Shown: in pieces, positions 1 to 9,193 of the stretch
Layout of the letters: each line of letters begins with the position of its first letter
How positions within the stretch are numbered: position 1 is the stretch's first letter
Assembly (NCBI GenBank): GCA_965369655.1
Contig: CBDUQR010000001.1
Span: forward strand, 64,001 to 128,000
Reading direction: 5' to 3'
Length of the DNA: 64,000 nt
From: an uncultured bacterium
GTDB lineage: Bacteria > Zixibacteria > MSB-5A5 > JAABVY01 > JAHJOQ01
The notes under the pieces: model-generated
The model's database searches: none
The model's input: only the letters and a program-made list of their open reading frames with translations
Told to the model about the DNA's origin: nothing
Translations under genes and position numbers: made by a program

Positions 1-209
1 GTCCCTTCCGGCATCTGTTCAACAATGTTGCGCAATTCAGCGATCTCATGCTTTCGCGCTTCGGACTCGCTCTCGACCATCGCTTTTAGCGTGGTTTCAA
101 GTTTGTCAACTGCATCAATGAGATTGCCGAAATCCTGAGCTGGTGCGACTGACACCATGAACAGAACCGTAAGAACTGCCGCAACCCCTGTCGCAATGCT
201 CCCTTTCAT
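1..209 (-). CDS. Secreted protein, N-terminal part only (runs off the window edge)
   Basis: Manual translation, not in the ORF track. RBS GAGGAGG, then ATG at 209: MKGSIATGVAAVLTVLFMVSVAPAQDFGNLIDAVDKLETTLKAMVESESEARKHEIAELR... Signal peptide followed by a coiled-coil-like stretch. Confidence 0.7.
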   Translation of the reverse strand, partial: MKGSIATGVAAVLTVLFMVSVAPAQDFGNLIDAVDKLETTLKAMVESESEARKHEIAELRNIVEQMPEG

Positions 210-434
210 ACGTTCTCCCTCCTCCTCGATTGAGACCGATATTCGTGTGTCTTGTTGACCTGCATAGCATATCGACAATGAAGTTTGCAACATTAGCATT
301 CACGACCCGCAACTCATTGAATCAGAAGAGTTTGTTGCAGTATGAAACGAAGAGGTATGCAATCTGTCAGGATTCTGAACATCAAAAAAAGCGGGAAGAA
401 ATCTTCCCGCCCTCAAACTGATTCTCTCACGCAA

Positions 435-1415
435 CTATTCGTAGTCGCTCTGAAGATATGTCTTGCTGGCAAGCTGTCGCTGAATCTTCTCCGAAAGTCT
501 TCGAGAGAATTCGACGGCGGCGTTCTCGCCGTAGGTCTTCTGCATGTGATTCATCGCGATCACTTCGGAGATCACCGTGATATTCTTGCCCGGCGACACC
601 GGAATTGTCACGACAGGTATCTCGACTCCAAGAAGGGTCGTGTATTTCTCTTCCATGCCGAGCCGTTCATACTTGTCTTTTGTCTCATTCCAGAGCACGA
701 GCCGTACCTCGACCTCGACTCTCTTCTGCATTCGTATCGCTCTTATGCCGAAGAGCCGCTCGATATCTATGACTCCGATACCACGAACTTCCATGTGATG
801 ACCGAGCAGTTCGGACGCGGACCCGACGATCAGATTCTGCGATTTCTTGACAATGTTTATCATGTCGTCTGCGACCAGACGATGGCCACGCTCGACAAGA
901 TCAAGGGAGCATTCCGACTTACCGATCCCCGCCTTGCCTGTGTAGAGCAGTCCGACGCCGTAGACATCAACCAGAGTTCCGTGTACTGTAATGCGCGGGG
1001 CAAAGAATTCGTCCAGAAACCCTGAGAGTTGAATCACGAAGTCGGCAGTATTAAAACGAGTCTGAAGGATCGCAGTATTATTCTCAGAAGCTAACTTAAT
1101 CAACTCCGTGGGAGGGTTCAGGCCCTTTGTAATAAAGAGCACCGGAACATCAAAAGAGAAGAAATTCCTGAGAAGGCGAGTCCTTTCTTCAGAAGTGAGG
1201 CTCGCGAGAAACGCCATCTCAGTCTCGCCGAGAATCAGAGCCCGTCTGTGAGGAAACCTCTGGGTGTACCCGGCGAGCGCAAGTCCCGGTCTGTGTATGG
1301 CGGGAGTCTCGATCTTCTTCATCAAGCCGGAGCCGTTGGTGAGAAGATATAGCTCAAACTCCTCCTTATGCTCCTGGTACAGTTTTTCGACAGTGATCTC
1401 AGGCATGGGACTCAA
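435..1415 (-). CDS. hprK: HPr(Ser) kinase/phosphorylase
   Basis: RPGLALAG, HGTLVDVYGVGLL, Walker A GKAGIGKSE, GHRLVADD, MEVRGIGVID. Confidence 0.97.
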   Translation of the reverse strand: MSPMPEITVEKLYQEHKEEFELYLLTNGSGLMKKIETPAIHRPGLALAGYTQRFPHRRALILGETEMAFLASLTSEERTRLLRNFFSFDVPVLFITKGLNPPTELIKLASENNTAILQTRFNTADFVIQLSGFLDEFFAPRITVHGTLVDVYGVGLLYTGKAGIGKSECSLDLVERGHRLVADDMINIVKKSQNLIVGSASELLGHHMEVRGIGVIDIERLFGIRAIRMQKRVEVEVRLVLWNETKDKYERLGMEEKYTTLLGVEIPVVTIPVSPGKNITVISEVIAMNHMQKTYGENAAVEFSRRLSEKIQRQLASKTYLQSDYE

Positions 1416-1774
1416 TAGTCAAGTGTTATGTCATCATCTGATGTCAGATCAGGGGGAGTGCTCTTCTCGGCGGAGATTTTTTTCTGCTGCTTGTCTTTGA
1501 GTTTTCCCTTGTATCTCTTCAATTGACGCTTCAGCTTATCGATACTCTCTTCGACCGAGACATACATGTCATCGGACTCACCGGTTCCGGTCAGAGTCGC
1601 TCCATAGACTTTCAGTGTCACCTCTGAGCGTTGACGGTAGCTTTCGACCTCGAGCACCACATTTCCGGAGACGATATTGTCGAAAAACCTGTTGAGTTTC
1701 TGGAGTTCATCGTTGACAAACGTCCTCAACTCGGGACTCAAATCGAAGTGTCTGGCGGTAATTGAAACCTTCAT
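1412..1774 (-). CDS. hpf: Ribosome hibernation promoting factor (HPF/RaiA)
   Basis: MKVSITARHFDLS...DMYVSVEESIDKLKRQLKRYK; lies downstream of rpoN. Confidence 0.93.
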   Translation of the reverse strand: MKVSITARHFDLSPELRTFVNDELQKLNRFFDNIVSGNVVLEVESYRQRSEVTLKVYGATLTGTGESDDMYVSVEESIDKLKRQLKRYKGKLKDKQQKKISAEKSTPPDLTSDDDITLDY

Positions 1775-2102
1775 GTCAAACTCCTTTCGGGGACATGTTT
1801 GCGTTCAGGTTGAGATGCAAAACCGCTGCTATCTCCACCCACAGCCGTGCAAGAGGATTTTACCGGTTTGAACCTCATGAAGTTGCCAACATCTGAAAAA
1901 CGCATACCGAAACCGATCAGGTAGGCAAAAAACCGCGACGAATCCTGCGAAATAGTAGATCCGACACCACAATAGCCAACTGCAGCAAGGCAGCACAACT
2001 GGTTCTCGAAATTATGCGCTTCTGAACATGGGCAAGCGAGGTAAGCTTCAGTTTTGACTTTCCTCATTCCAGTAATCAAGAAAACCCACTACTCCCGGGA
2101 AG

Positions 2103-3518
2103 TCAACTACTATCTTTGACCACACGCTTTCTGAAGCGCGCGGGAAGAATCTTCAGTTCCTCGCGGTATTTGGTCACGGTCCTGCGGGCAATACTGATGC
2201 CCTCAGTTTTCAACTGCCTATGGATATCCTGATCGGAGAATGGCGACGCCGGGTCCTCGGACTTGATTATATCTTCGAGTTTCTGCTTGACCCGCCGCTT
2301 GACCAACTGTTCGCCGCCCTCCATGGGAAGACCCGTGTTGAAGAAATACTTGATTTCATAGACTCCCAGCGGCGTCTGGACATACTTACCGCTGGAGACG
2401 CGCGATATCGTGGCGACATTCATGCTGACCTTCTCGGCGATATCCTCCATAATAAGCGGTTTCAGGTAGTCAGGACCCTTCTCGAAAAACTCCAACTGTG
2501 AATCCACGATCGCGGTCATCACCCTTATCATCGTGGTACGGCGCTGATTAACCGAATTCAGGAGCCATCTCGCCTGCTCGAGCTTCTCCCTGATGTACTT
2601 CTTCGTCTCGGAAGGCGTCGCGTTGCCCCGCTTCAAAAGAGACCTGTATGACGAGTTTATACGAAGCCGTGGAGTATTCTTGTCGTTGTGGAAAACGATA
2701 TACTCGTCACCCACTTTTTCCACAATCAGATCCGGAACGATCGGAATCGCCGCCGGATCGAACCTGCCCGTAGTCGGCTTCGGAGACAGGGTCTTGACCA
2801 AATCCATCGCTTCCTGGACTCGTTCGAGCGTGGAGCCGGTCGCCTTCGATAATTGCAGGTGGCTTTTCCTGTCGAGAGATTCAAAACACTCGTCTATGAT
2901 TCGATATGCCAGCGAGTCCTCGTGCCCCTTCTCCCTGAGCTGTATCAGCAGCGACTCCTGCAGATTCTGCGCACCGACACCAACAGGATCAAACTTCTTT
3001 ATCTGCCGGAGCATGCTCTCCACACTCTCGCGATCGACCTTGAGCATCTCGGCGATCTCATCGACAGAACATGTCAGGTAACCGCTTTCATCGATATTTC
3101 CTATTATGAACTCTCCAAGGGACAGTTCCTCCCTGGAGAGTTTCAGAAAGCCAAGTTGTTCGAGAAGGTGCTCGTAGAGTGTCCTGTCGGTTGCAGGAGT
3201 CTCTCTCCAGCGATCCTCGACATGCTCTCGCATTCTCCGGAATGTGTAGTCGTCGGCATCGTCGCCCAGATAGTAGTCCCAGTCGATCTTATCCATCTTC
3301 GGATCGAGCTTCGGATCATCGGTCGATACTGTCGGGCTCTCCACCTCATCATCCAGTAGATTCTCTACAGTCTCGATCTCTTCGAGCAGCGGATTGATCG
3401 AGAGTTCCTGGCGAAGCTTCTGTTCGAGCCTGAGGACCGGCATCTGCAGCATCTTCAGCGACTGAATGAGCTGCGGAGCCAGAGTCTGCCTGAGTTTAAG
3501 CTGAAGTTCAAGTCTCAC
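2103..3518 (-). CDS. rpoN: RNA polymerase sigma-54 factor
   Basis: PQLIQSLKMLQM N-terminus, ATISRV..KY helix-turn-helix, RpoN box ARRTVTKYRE. Confidence 0.98.
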   Translation of the reverse strand: MRLELQLKLRQTLAPQLIQSLKMLQMPVLRLEQKLRQELSINPLLEEIETVENLLDDEVESPTVSTDDPKLDPKMDKIDWDYYLGDDADDYTFRRMREHVEDRWRETPATDRTLYEHLLEQLGFLKLSREELSLGEFIIGNIDESGYLTCSVDEIAEMLKVDRESVESMLRQIKKFDPVGVGAQNLQESLLIQLREKGHEDSLAYRIIDECFESLDRKSHLQLSKATGSTLERVQEAMDLVKTLSPKPTTGRFDPAAIPIVPDLIVEKVGDEYIVFHNDKNTPRLRINSSYRSLLKRGNATPSETKKYIREKLEQARWLLNSVNQRRTTMIRVMTAIVDSQLEFFEKGPDYLKPLIMEDIAEKVSMNVATISRVSSGKYVQTPLGVYEIKYFFNTGLPMEGGEQLVKRRVKQKLEDIIKSEDPASPFSDQDIHRQLKTEGISIARRTVTKYREELKILPARFRKRVVKDSS

Positions 3519-3599
3519 TGCAATACCTTGTTACACAATAGGATGCAAAACCCTTGCGAAATTTGACTGTTCATATAGTCTATCGGTCATTCTCCGAAT

Positions 3600-4337
3600 T
3601 CAGTTTAATCGGAACTTCTCCCCAAGGTATATTTTTCGTGCTTCAGGATCATTCGCAAGATACTCAGACGTTCCAGCCTTCAGTATCCTGCCTTCACACA
3701 TAATATAGGCCCTGTCAGTTATGGAGAGCGTCTCCCTCACATTGTGATCCGTGATAAGAATGCCGAGCTTCTCATCTCTGAGCGCCGCGATAATCCCTTG
3801 AATGTCCTCGACAGCAATCGGGTCTATGCCCGCAAACGGTTCATCCAGGAGCAGGAAATCAGGCTCCATGACCAGCGCGCGCGCGATCTCCACTCTTCGA
3901 CGTTCACCCCCCGACAATGTATAGGCATAACTCCGGCGAAGTCTTGCGATATCGAGTTGTTCGAGCAGAGAATCCAGGCGCGATTTCCTGTCTGCCCTGC
4001 TCATGGGTCGCATCTGCAGAATCGTCTTCAGGTTGTCCTCCACAGTCATTTTCCTGAAAACCGACGGTTCCTGAGCAAGGTATCCAATTCCGCGCCGCGC
4101 ACGCTTGTACATTGGCAAACCTGTCAGGTCGTAGTCGTCGATCTTGACCCGTCCCCGCCTGGGCTGGAGGAATCCGATAATCATATAGAATGTCGTGGTC
4201 TTGCCGGCGCCATTTGGACCGAGCAACCCCACAATCTCACCGCTGTCAACCTCGATTGAGACCTCGTCGACGACCTTCCGCCCCTTGAAGACCTTTATGA
4301 GTCCTTCTGAATAGAGTCTGCTCATAGCACTCGGCAA
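3600..4337 (-). CDS. lptB: LPS export ABC transporter ATP-binding protein (start may be 4325)
   Basis: [48 protein letters not shown]. Confidence 0.97.
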   Translation of the reverse strand: MPSAMSRLYSEGLIKVFKGRKVVDEVSIEVDSGEIVGLLGPNGAGKTTTFYMIIGFLQPRRGRVKIDDYDLTGLPMYKRARRGIGYLAQEPSVFRKMTVEDNLKTILQMRPMSRADRKSRLDSLLEQLDIARLRRSYAYTLSGGERRRVEIARALVMEPDFLLLDEPFAGIDPIAVEDIQGIIAALRDEKLGILITDHNVRETLSITDRAYIMCEGRILKAGTSEYLANDPEARKIYLGEKFRLN

Positions 4338-4436
4338 TGCGTGTAAGTCATTGCTGCATCACAGGATTATCGCAATACAGCACGTTCTGTCTCTCGGAGA
4401 CAATGCGCTCACGCGACAACAATTTTACTAATAATC

Positions 4437-4465
4437 AATATACGCTTTGCTGGAATTGTCCGCAA
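4437..4465 (-). promoter_or_regulatory. Putative sigma70 promoter of the lptB-rpoN-hpf-hprK operon
   Basis: Minus strand TTGCGG-N17-TATATT. Confidence 0.45.
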
Positions 4466-4480
4466 GGCATAAATTTTGCA
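4465..4480 (+). promoter_or_regulatory. Sigma54 -24/-12 site, antisense to lptC
   Basis: aGGCATaaattTTGCA, exact GG-N10-GC spacing. Confidence 0.5.
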
Positions 4481-4495
4481 CCGCGCGCGAGGATG

Positions 4496-5059
4496 TCACT
4501 TCCGCTTGACGCTCTCTACGTCCTCGAATACTGCCTTTACGTCTCTCTTGATCCTGAAATTGGTGAGCCTGCTATCCGACTCCAGGCCGTAGCCGGTCTG
4601 CACATTGCCTTTTTGCGTGATCCTGACGAATGACTCAGTCATAATTCGATTGCTTTTCTGGTCCCAGTAGAGGCTGTCGGCCTCGAGTTTTATCCCTTCT
4701 TTGGAGGTTACAACTACGTCGCCCCAGGCCTTGAGTTCACGCGTCTTCTCCCTGACTATTCCGGAGTCGGAGATCAGGGTCGAGGAGACGACTCCGAGCG
4801 AGTCGTAGAATGTTGCCACGATCTCCGCCATTACGGTACTGTCGATACTGATGTACTTCTCGAGATGAGCGGAATGGACCAGCACCTCTTTGACGCCGCG
4901 ATTTGACAGGAGTATATCTGAATTGGTCAGAATCTGATCCGGTAGATTAGAATCTGATACGTCGTCCGGCTGTCTGCTGCCCTCATGCGCTCGGTCGGAA
5001 CAGGAGAGGACAAGCAGCACAATCGCGAATATGAACAAGCGATCGAGTTTCATCGGCAT
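4496..5059 (-). CDS. lptC: LPS export periplasmic protein LptC
   Basis: Lipobox-like LVLSC; AWGDVVV...LEADSLYWD...GYGLESD pattern; next to lptB. Start 5059 or 5053 preferred over the ORF-track start. Confidence 0.85.
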   Translation of the reverse strand: MPMKLDRLFIFAIVLLVLSCSDRAHEGSRQPDDVSDSNLPDQILTNSDILLSNRGVKEVLVHSAHLEKYISIDSTVMAEIVATFYDSLGVVSSTLISDSGIVREKTRELKAWGDVVVTSKEGIKLEADSLYWDQKSNRIMTESFVRITQKGNVQTGYGLESDSRLTNFRIKRDVKAVFEDVESVKRK

Positions 5060-5197
5060 TCCTGTGTCTATTATACTATCGGCGGGGAGCAAGTTCAATA
5101 CAAATTGAAAACCCTGACACCGATAATGCGAAACAGACAGGGCGGGTTGTCCCCTGCCCATTATCGTAAACTCAAGCGTACCCATTGACGATACCGG

Positions 5198-5296
5198 TCA
5201 GTCTTCCATGCTGAGTTCGTTGAAATCAAACCAGTATCCACTGCCGGTCAGATAGTCGAGTTCGGCCTTAACAATGCTGTCGTCGGCATATGTGGT
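5198..5296 (-). pseudogene. Start-less C-terminal gene remnant abutting a REP hairpin
   Basis: TTYADDSIVKAELDYLTGSGYWFDFNELSMED*; in-frame TGA just upstream inside the REP, no start codon. Confidence 0.35.
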
Positions 5297-5336
5297 AGGT
5301 CACACGAATCCGTTTACGCGGATTCGCAAGACCTTC
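5295..5336 (+). repeat. REP-like hairpin, family A (GT(C)AGGTCACAC...CA(A)GACCT)
   Basis: Outer stem shared with 6966-7007 and 54220-54260; inner hairpin GAATCCG...CGGATTC. Confidence 0.7.
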
Positions 5337-5378
5337 CAGGACAGTGTAACGGATTGAACTAATGAGTCAGACAAAGCT

Positions 5379-6620
5379 TCATACCACCCTGAAACCAGCC
5401 TCCACGACCGCATGACGAAGCGTGGAAAGATTGAGGTTATCGCCATATACTGTGGCAGATTTGCCTATGAGATCGACATCGACTGATTCGACACCATCGC
5501 ACGAAGACAAGGCTTTTTCCACGTTTGCTGCACAGTGGTTGCATGTCATGCCGTTGATCTTGAGAATTTCAGAGGGGCGAGATGTAGCATCCAATGATCT
5601 TCTCCTTCGCAATATATAGGGCTGGACGACCGCGTTCAGCAATATCCCAAGCAGCAGTATCGAACTGGTAGTTCCGACCCAGTCGGGAAACATCGAGTGC
5701 TCGGTGTAGAAATGCGACCCCGAAAATCCTGATATGATTGAATCGAGAGCGAGTCCGGATCCGAGGGCTGCGAGTGCAACCGTGCCCAGATAGATCAGGG
5801 TGGAACGCCTGCCGAGCACATTCCACAATGTCGTAATGGCTGCAATATTCGTCGCAGGGCCAGCTACGAGGAATACAAGCGCAGCTCCGGGAGAGATTCC
5901 CTTGATTATCAGAGCGGCAGCCACCGGAACCGAGGCGGTAGCGCAAATATAAATCGGAATGCCGACAAGTATCATCACGAGCATCGAGCCAATCCCTGCG
6001 CCAAGCAAACCCATGAAGAAGTCGTCCGGGATCATCGCGGTGATCAGCCCCGCAACGATCAACCCAATCAGCAGGCCACGTCCGATATCCTGCGGCAGAG
6101 ATATGAATCCATACTTCAGGGCGCGACTGATCCTGTTCGACTCAGGCGTGTCTCCAGTCGATACAGTCTCAATGACCGGCAGATGGCTGTGATGCTCGTC
6201 TTTTTCTCCGAGCGATTCGACAAGCTGGCCTCCGACCAGTCCTGTCACCAGCGCAGCAAGCGGACGAAACACAGCGAACACCGGGCCGAGAAGGCTCAGT
6301 GTTACCATCACGCTGTCGATACCGGTCTGAGGCGTCGAGAGCAGGAACGATGCTGTCGCACCGCGACTCGCGCCGTTTCGTCGAAGCGATGCGGCAACAG
6401 GAATCACGCCGCACGAGCAGAGCGGCAGCGGCACACCGAGGATTGAAGCCTTGAAAATCGGCCAGATGCCCCGCCCGCCGAGATGTCTCTCGACGAGACG
6501 CGTGGAAATCATGACCGAGAGAATACCGGCGACCAGAAAACCGAACAGGAGATACGGAGCCATCTCGGACAGGACGTCCCAGAAACCAATCACGATCTCC
6601 TGAACATAATCAACCAGCAC
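5379..6620 (-). CDS. Metal permease (DUF318, SO_0444-type Cu/Zn efflux) with C-terminal HMA domain
   Basis: PLPLCSCGVIP, PIYICATASVP, GMTCNHC; multiple TM helices. Confidence 0.9.
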   Translation of the reverse strand: MLVDYVQEIVIGFWDVLSEMAPYLLFGFLVAGILSVMISTRLVERHLGGRGIWPIFKASILGVPLPLCSCGVIPVAASLRRNGASRGATASFLLSTPQTGIDSVMVTLSLLGPVFAVFRPLAALVTGLVGGQLVESLGEKDEHHSHLPVIETVSTGDTPESNRISRALKYGFISLPQDIGRGLLIGLIVAGLITAMIPDDFFMGLLGAGIGSMLVMILVGIPIYICATASVPVAAALIIKGISPGAALVFLVAGPATNIAAITTLWNVLGRRSTLIYLGTVALAALGSGLALDSIISGFSGSHFYTEHSMFPDWVGTTSSILLLGILLNAVVQPYILRRRRSLDATSRPSEILKINGMTCNHCAANVEKALSSCDGVESVDVDLIGKSATVYGDNLNLSTLRHAVVEAGFRVV

Positions 6621-6622
6621 TA

Positions 6623-6829
6623 TCAGTTTCCTCCACTCAAATGGTCGGTTACATTCGCGCCGAACTCCATGCCGAGCCTCGTCAGTGCGAAGTCATATTT
6701 CGTCGGATCGGGATGTATACGAACGCGCCGGTTGTGCTTGCGATACAGCTTTTCAAGCCACTCTCTGCCGACTCTTTGTTCAGTCTCAAGCATTGTCAAT
6801 GTATCGCCTTTCTCGATCCTTGCCGTCAT
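6623..6829 (-). pseudogene. Internally deleted TIGR02757/DUF2400-like gene
   Basis: N-terminal motif LEKLYRKHNRR..IHPDP is fused directly to the C-terminal motif DPTKYDFALTRLG; only 68 aa. Confidence 0.65.
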
Positions 6830-6965
6830 CCTGACAAACCGAAGGGCAATCAGGATATTTTCTATAGTATATACGAACAGACCTTAGGCAAGTCAAATTC
6901 CACTGAGATTCTCTGACTGTTCAGGCTGATTTTGCGCCGAAGACGTGTGATTTGCTTGGCTGAAC

Positions 6966-7007
6966 GTGTCAGGTCACACCCGTGCTTCGCACGTTCAGAC
7001 CTGACAC
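6966..7007 (+). repeat. REP-like hairpin, family A
   Basis: GTGTCAGGTC...GACCTGACAC outer inverted repeat with inner CGTGC-TTC-GCACG. Confidence 0.75.
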
Positions 7008-7130
7008 AACCCCACATACTGCACTGAGATATTGCCTTATCATAGCAATTGTCGTATATAAAAAACGGAACAGATAGTTACACAGCCAGTATTTGCATCT
7101 TGTCCAGCAACCATTTCCGCGAGGTTACCA

Positions 7131-7739
7131 ATGATTCAAAAGCGAAACAAGACCATGATCCTCAGAATCTCGTTGCTCGATATCAAGCCAGAGGTTTGGA
7201 GAGAGATCGAAGTTCCAGCAACCTACAGTTTCTGGGATCTTCATGTTGCGATTCAGGATGCGATGGGTTGGCTCGATTGCCACTTACATATGTTCATTGT
7301 TCATAATCCAAAGACTAGAGAAATGGACGAGATTGGAATCCCCGATGAAGGTGAATTCCTGAATAGTCCTCCAATTCTACCAGGATGGGAGACAAGTATT
7401 GCAGACTATTTCATAGAACCAAGTGATCAAACCTCCTACGAATATGATTTCGGTGATGGCTGGGAACACATCATAACGTTAGCAAGCATGGGAGAAAGTA
7501 AGACAGAAACAGAGTACCCCAGGTGTTTGAAAGGTGAGCGTTCGTGTCCACCTGAGGATTGTGGCGGAGTCGGGGGATACGAGAGACTGCTGGAGATCAT
7601 TCAAGATCCGAAGCATGAGGAATATGAGAGCATGATGGATTGGTTGGACGGCGGGTTTGATCCAGACGGATTTGACCCAGATTCGGTCTCTTTTGATAAC
7701 CCAAAAGAGCGATGGGAATTCACCTTTCTTGAAAGGTAG
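7131..7739 (+). CDS. Plasmid pRiA4b ORF-3 family protein
   Basis: VWREIEVP, DLHVAIQDAMGWLDCHLHMF, YEYDFGDGWEH, CPPEDCGGVGGY. Confidence 0.93.
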   Translation: MIQKRNKTMILRISLLDIKPEVWREIEVPATYSFWDLHVAIQDAMGWLDCHLHMFIVHNPKTREMDEIGIPDEGEFLNSPPILPGWETSIADYFIEPSDQTSYEYDFGDGWEHIITLASMGESKTETEYPRCLKGERSCPPEDCGGVGGYERLLEIIQDPKHEEYESMMDWLDGGFDPDGFDPDSVSFDNPKERWEFTFLER

Positions 7740-7769
7740 ATCGTAGAGTAGGAGCCCTGCCATTCCGGC

Positions 7770-8675
7770 TTATATCAACATCCCCTCGTCCCAGCCAATC
7801 TTCACGAGATCGATCTTTTCGGGATCGGCGATGCCGAGATGGTGTTTTGTCTCCGCGAATCGGACATGATGCGGTGTTGGTTTGAGGGGATTGTCCTCAC
7901 CGAAATAGTCAAGGCGTTTCGCATGAAGCAATCTCAGACCGACCGAATCCGCTGCGACAGGATCGCGACTGACGATGATTCCATTGTATGGCCAGGTATA
8001 CTTCTTGTCGAAATGGTGTGCGCCGATTCCGTGAAACAGTGGCGTGAGCACGACAAGTATATTCAGCCGCGTCTTGCCTTTCGTGACCGGCAGATCCCAG
8101 AGTTTGGCGAGATCAGCGCAGTAGTTGTCGTGGTATGTCCACGGCTCCGGCGTGAACATGACATAATTCTTGATGCAGCTCCCAATCCCGGACCAGTGGT
8201 GCGTCCTGAGCGGGCGGATATTGATAAGTGCAGTCGAATTCCTGAATACCTTGCTGTGAAGCACCGCTCTGTCATCGATATCGATCTTGTCTTTGCTGAC
8301 GCCGATATCCATGACACGATTCCTGATCGCATTCTCGAATTCGACAGGCGTCGGCAGCGGTCCCCATTCGTTGCTCTTGACCCCGACGATGTCATCAGGT
8401 TGGATAATCTGCTTCCATGCATCGATCGGTTTCTCGGCATCGAATAGAATACTCACAGCATCATCGAGCATCTCGACCGCGATCTTTGCGTTCACATTGC
8501 CGTCAGCATCGATGATGTCTTTGTGCCTGACAAGGACAACTCTTGTCTTCTCGACTGGACTCTCATCATCGGCGATCAGATGCAACGGTAAAGCCACACC
8601 TAACGCTGCGCATGCAGCACCACGCATAAAATCACGACGAGTGATGGATGAGTTCTTATCGTTCATATTCAGCAC
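7770..8675 (-). CDS. DUF362 domain protein with Tat signal peptide
   Basis: TRRDFMR twin-arginine motif; VGVKSN, LRTHHWSGIGSCIKN, DPVAAD. Confidence 0.85.
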   Translation of the reverse strand: MLNMNDKNSSITRRDFMRGAACAALGVALPLHLIADDESPVEKTRVVLVRHKDIIDADGNVNAKIAVEMLDDAVSILFDAEKPIDAWKQIIQPDDIVGVKSNEWGPLPTPVEFENAIRNRVMDIGVSKDKIDIDDRAVLHSKVFRNSTALINIRPLRTHHWSGIGSCIKNYVMFTPEPWTYHDNYCADLAKLWDLPVTKGKTRLNILVVLTPLFHGIGAHHFDKKYTWPYNGIIVSRDPVAADSVGLRLLHAKRLDYFGEDNPLKPTPHHVRFAETKHHLGIADPEKIDLVKIGWDEGMLI

Positions 8676-8699
8676 ATCTGCATTCTACTGTTCATCACT

Positions 8700-8735
8700 A
8701 ACCCACCCGACGCTTCGCTCTGGGTGGGCTACCGA
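8700..8735. repeat. REP-like hairpin; its right arm is repeated at 9183-9200
   Basis: ACCCACCCGA-cgcttcgc-TCTGGGTGGGCTAC; the 18-mer CTCTGGGTGGGCTACCGA occurs at 8718 and 9183. Confidence 0.8.
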
Positions 8736-8739
8736 CTGC

Positions 8740-9168
8740 TCAGTTGGATTGTGATCTCTCATTAGTATCCGCCTTAAACTCCCTTAGAAAATAACTCCCA
8801 AATGCTTCGTTGAGATTTGCTACCCAATCGACCGTCCCCTGAGATTCATCCCAAAAATCCACAAACCGTTGGTCCCAGTACTTCCTTTGAAAATGGAACG
8901 TTCCGTTTCTAAATCTTCTCAATAGTTCAACATTTGGTGATTGCAACAAAGTGTCAACGATTGGATCCTGTAAACCAAGTTCTACCCAACCCTCGACTAC
9001 AACGTATAGCGAGCCATACCAATGTGACATGAACAATCCAAGTTTATCAGCCCAAATCACTTCATTGTTTTTATCGCGCTGTTGAACAGCATCATAAAAA
9101 TAAGTCCTAAGGCTGTTCGCCCATATGAAATACCTATGTAGACTCAAGAATGCTTGGGGATCTTTCAC
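8740..9168 (-). CDS. Hypothetical AT-rich helical protein (HEPN-like R-x4-H motif)
   Basis: Probable GTG start at 9168 after GAGG; LLRRFRNGTFHFQ motif. Confidence 0.7.
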   Translation of the reverse strand: MKDPQAFLSLHRYFIWANSLRTYFYDAVQQRDKNNEVIWADKLGLFMSHWYGSLYVVVEGWVELGLQDPIVDTLLQSPNVELLRRFRNGTFHFQRKYWDQRFVDFWDESQGTVDWVANLNEAFGSYFLREFKADTNERSQSN

Positions 9169-9193
9169 TTTATAATTCCTCACTCTGGGTGGG

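Noticed and set aside
342-1025. 227-aa plus-strand ORF, and similar long antisense ORFs (3744-4259, 23042-23725, 52814-53551, 55746-56894, 58034-58930)
   Set aside because: These are shadow frames opposite well-supported genes and have no motifs of their own.
1771-2079. 102-aa ORF between rpoN and hpf
   Set aside because: TTG start, no RBS and no family features; more likely intergenic.
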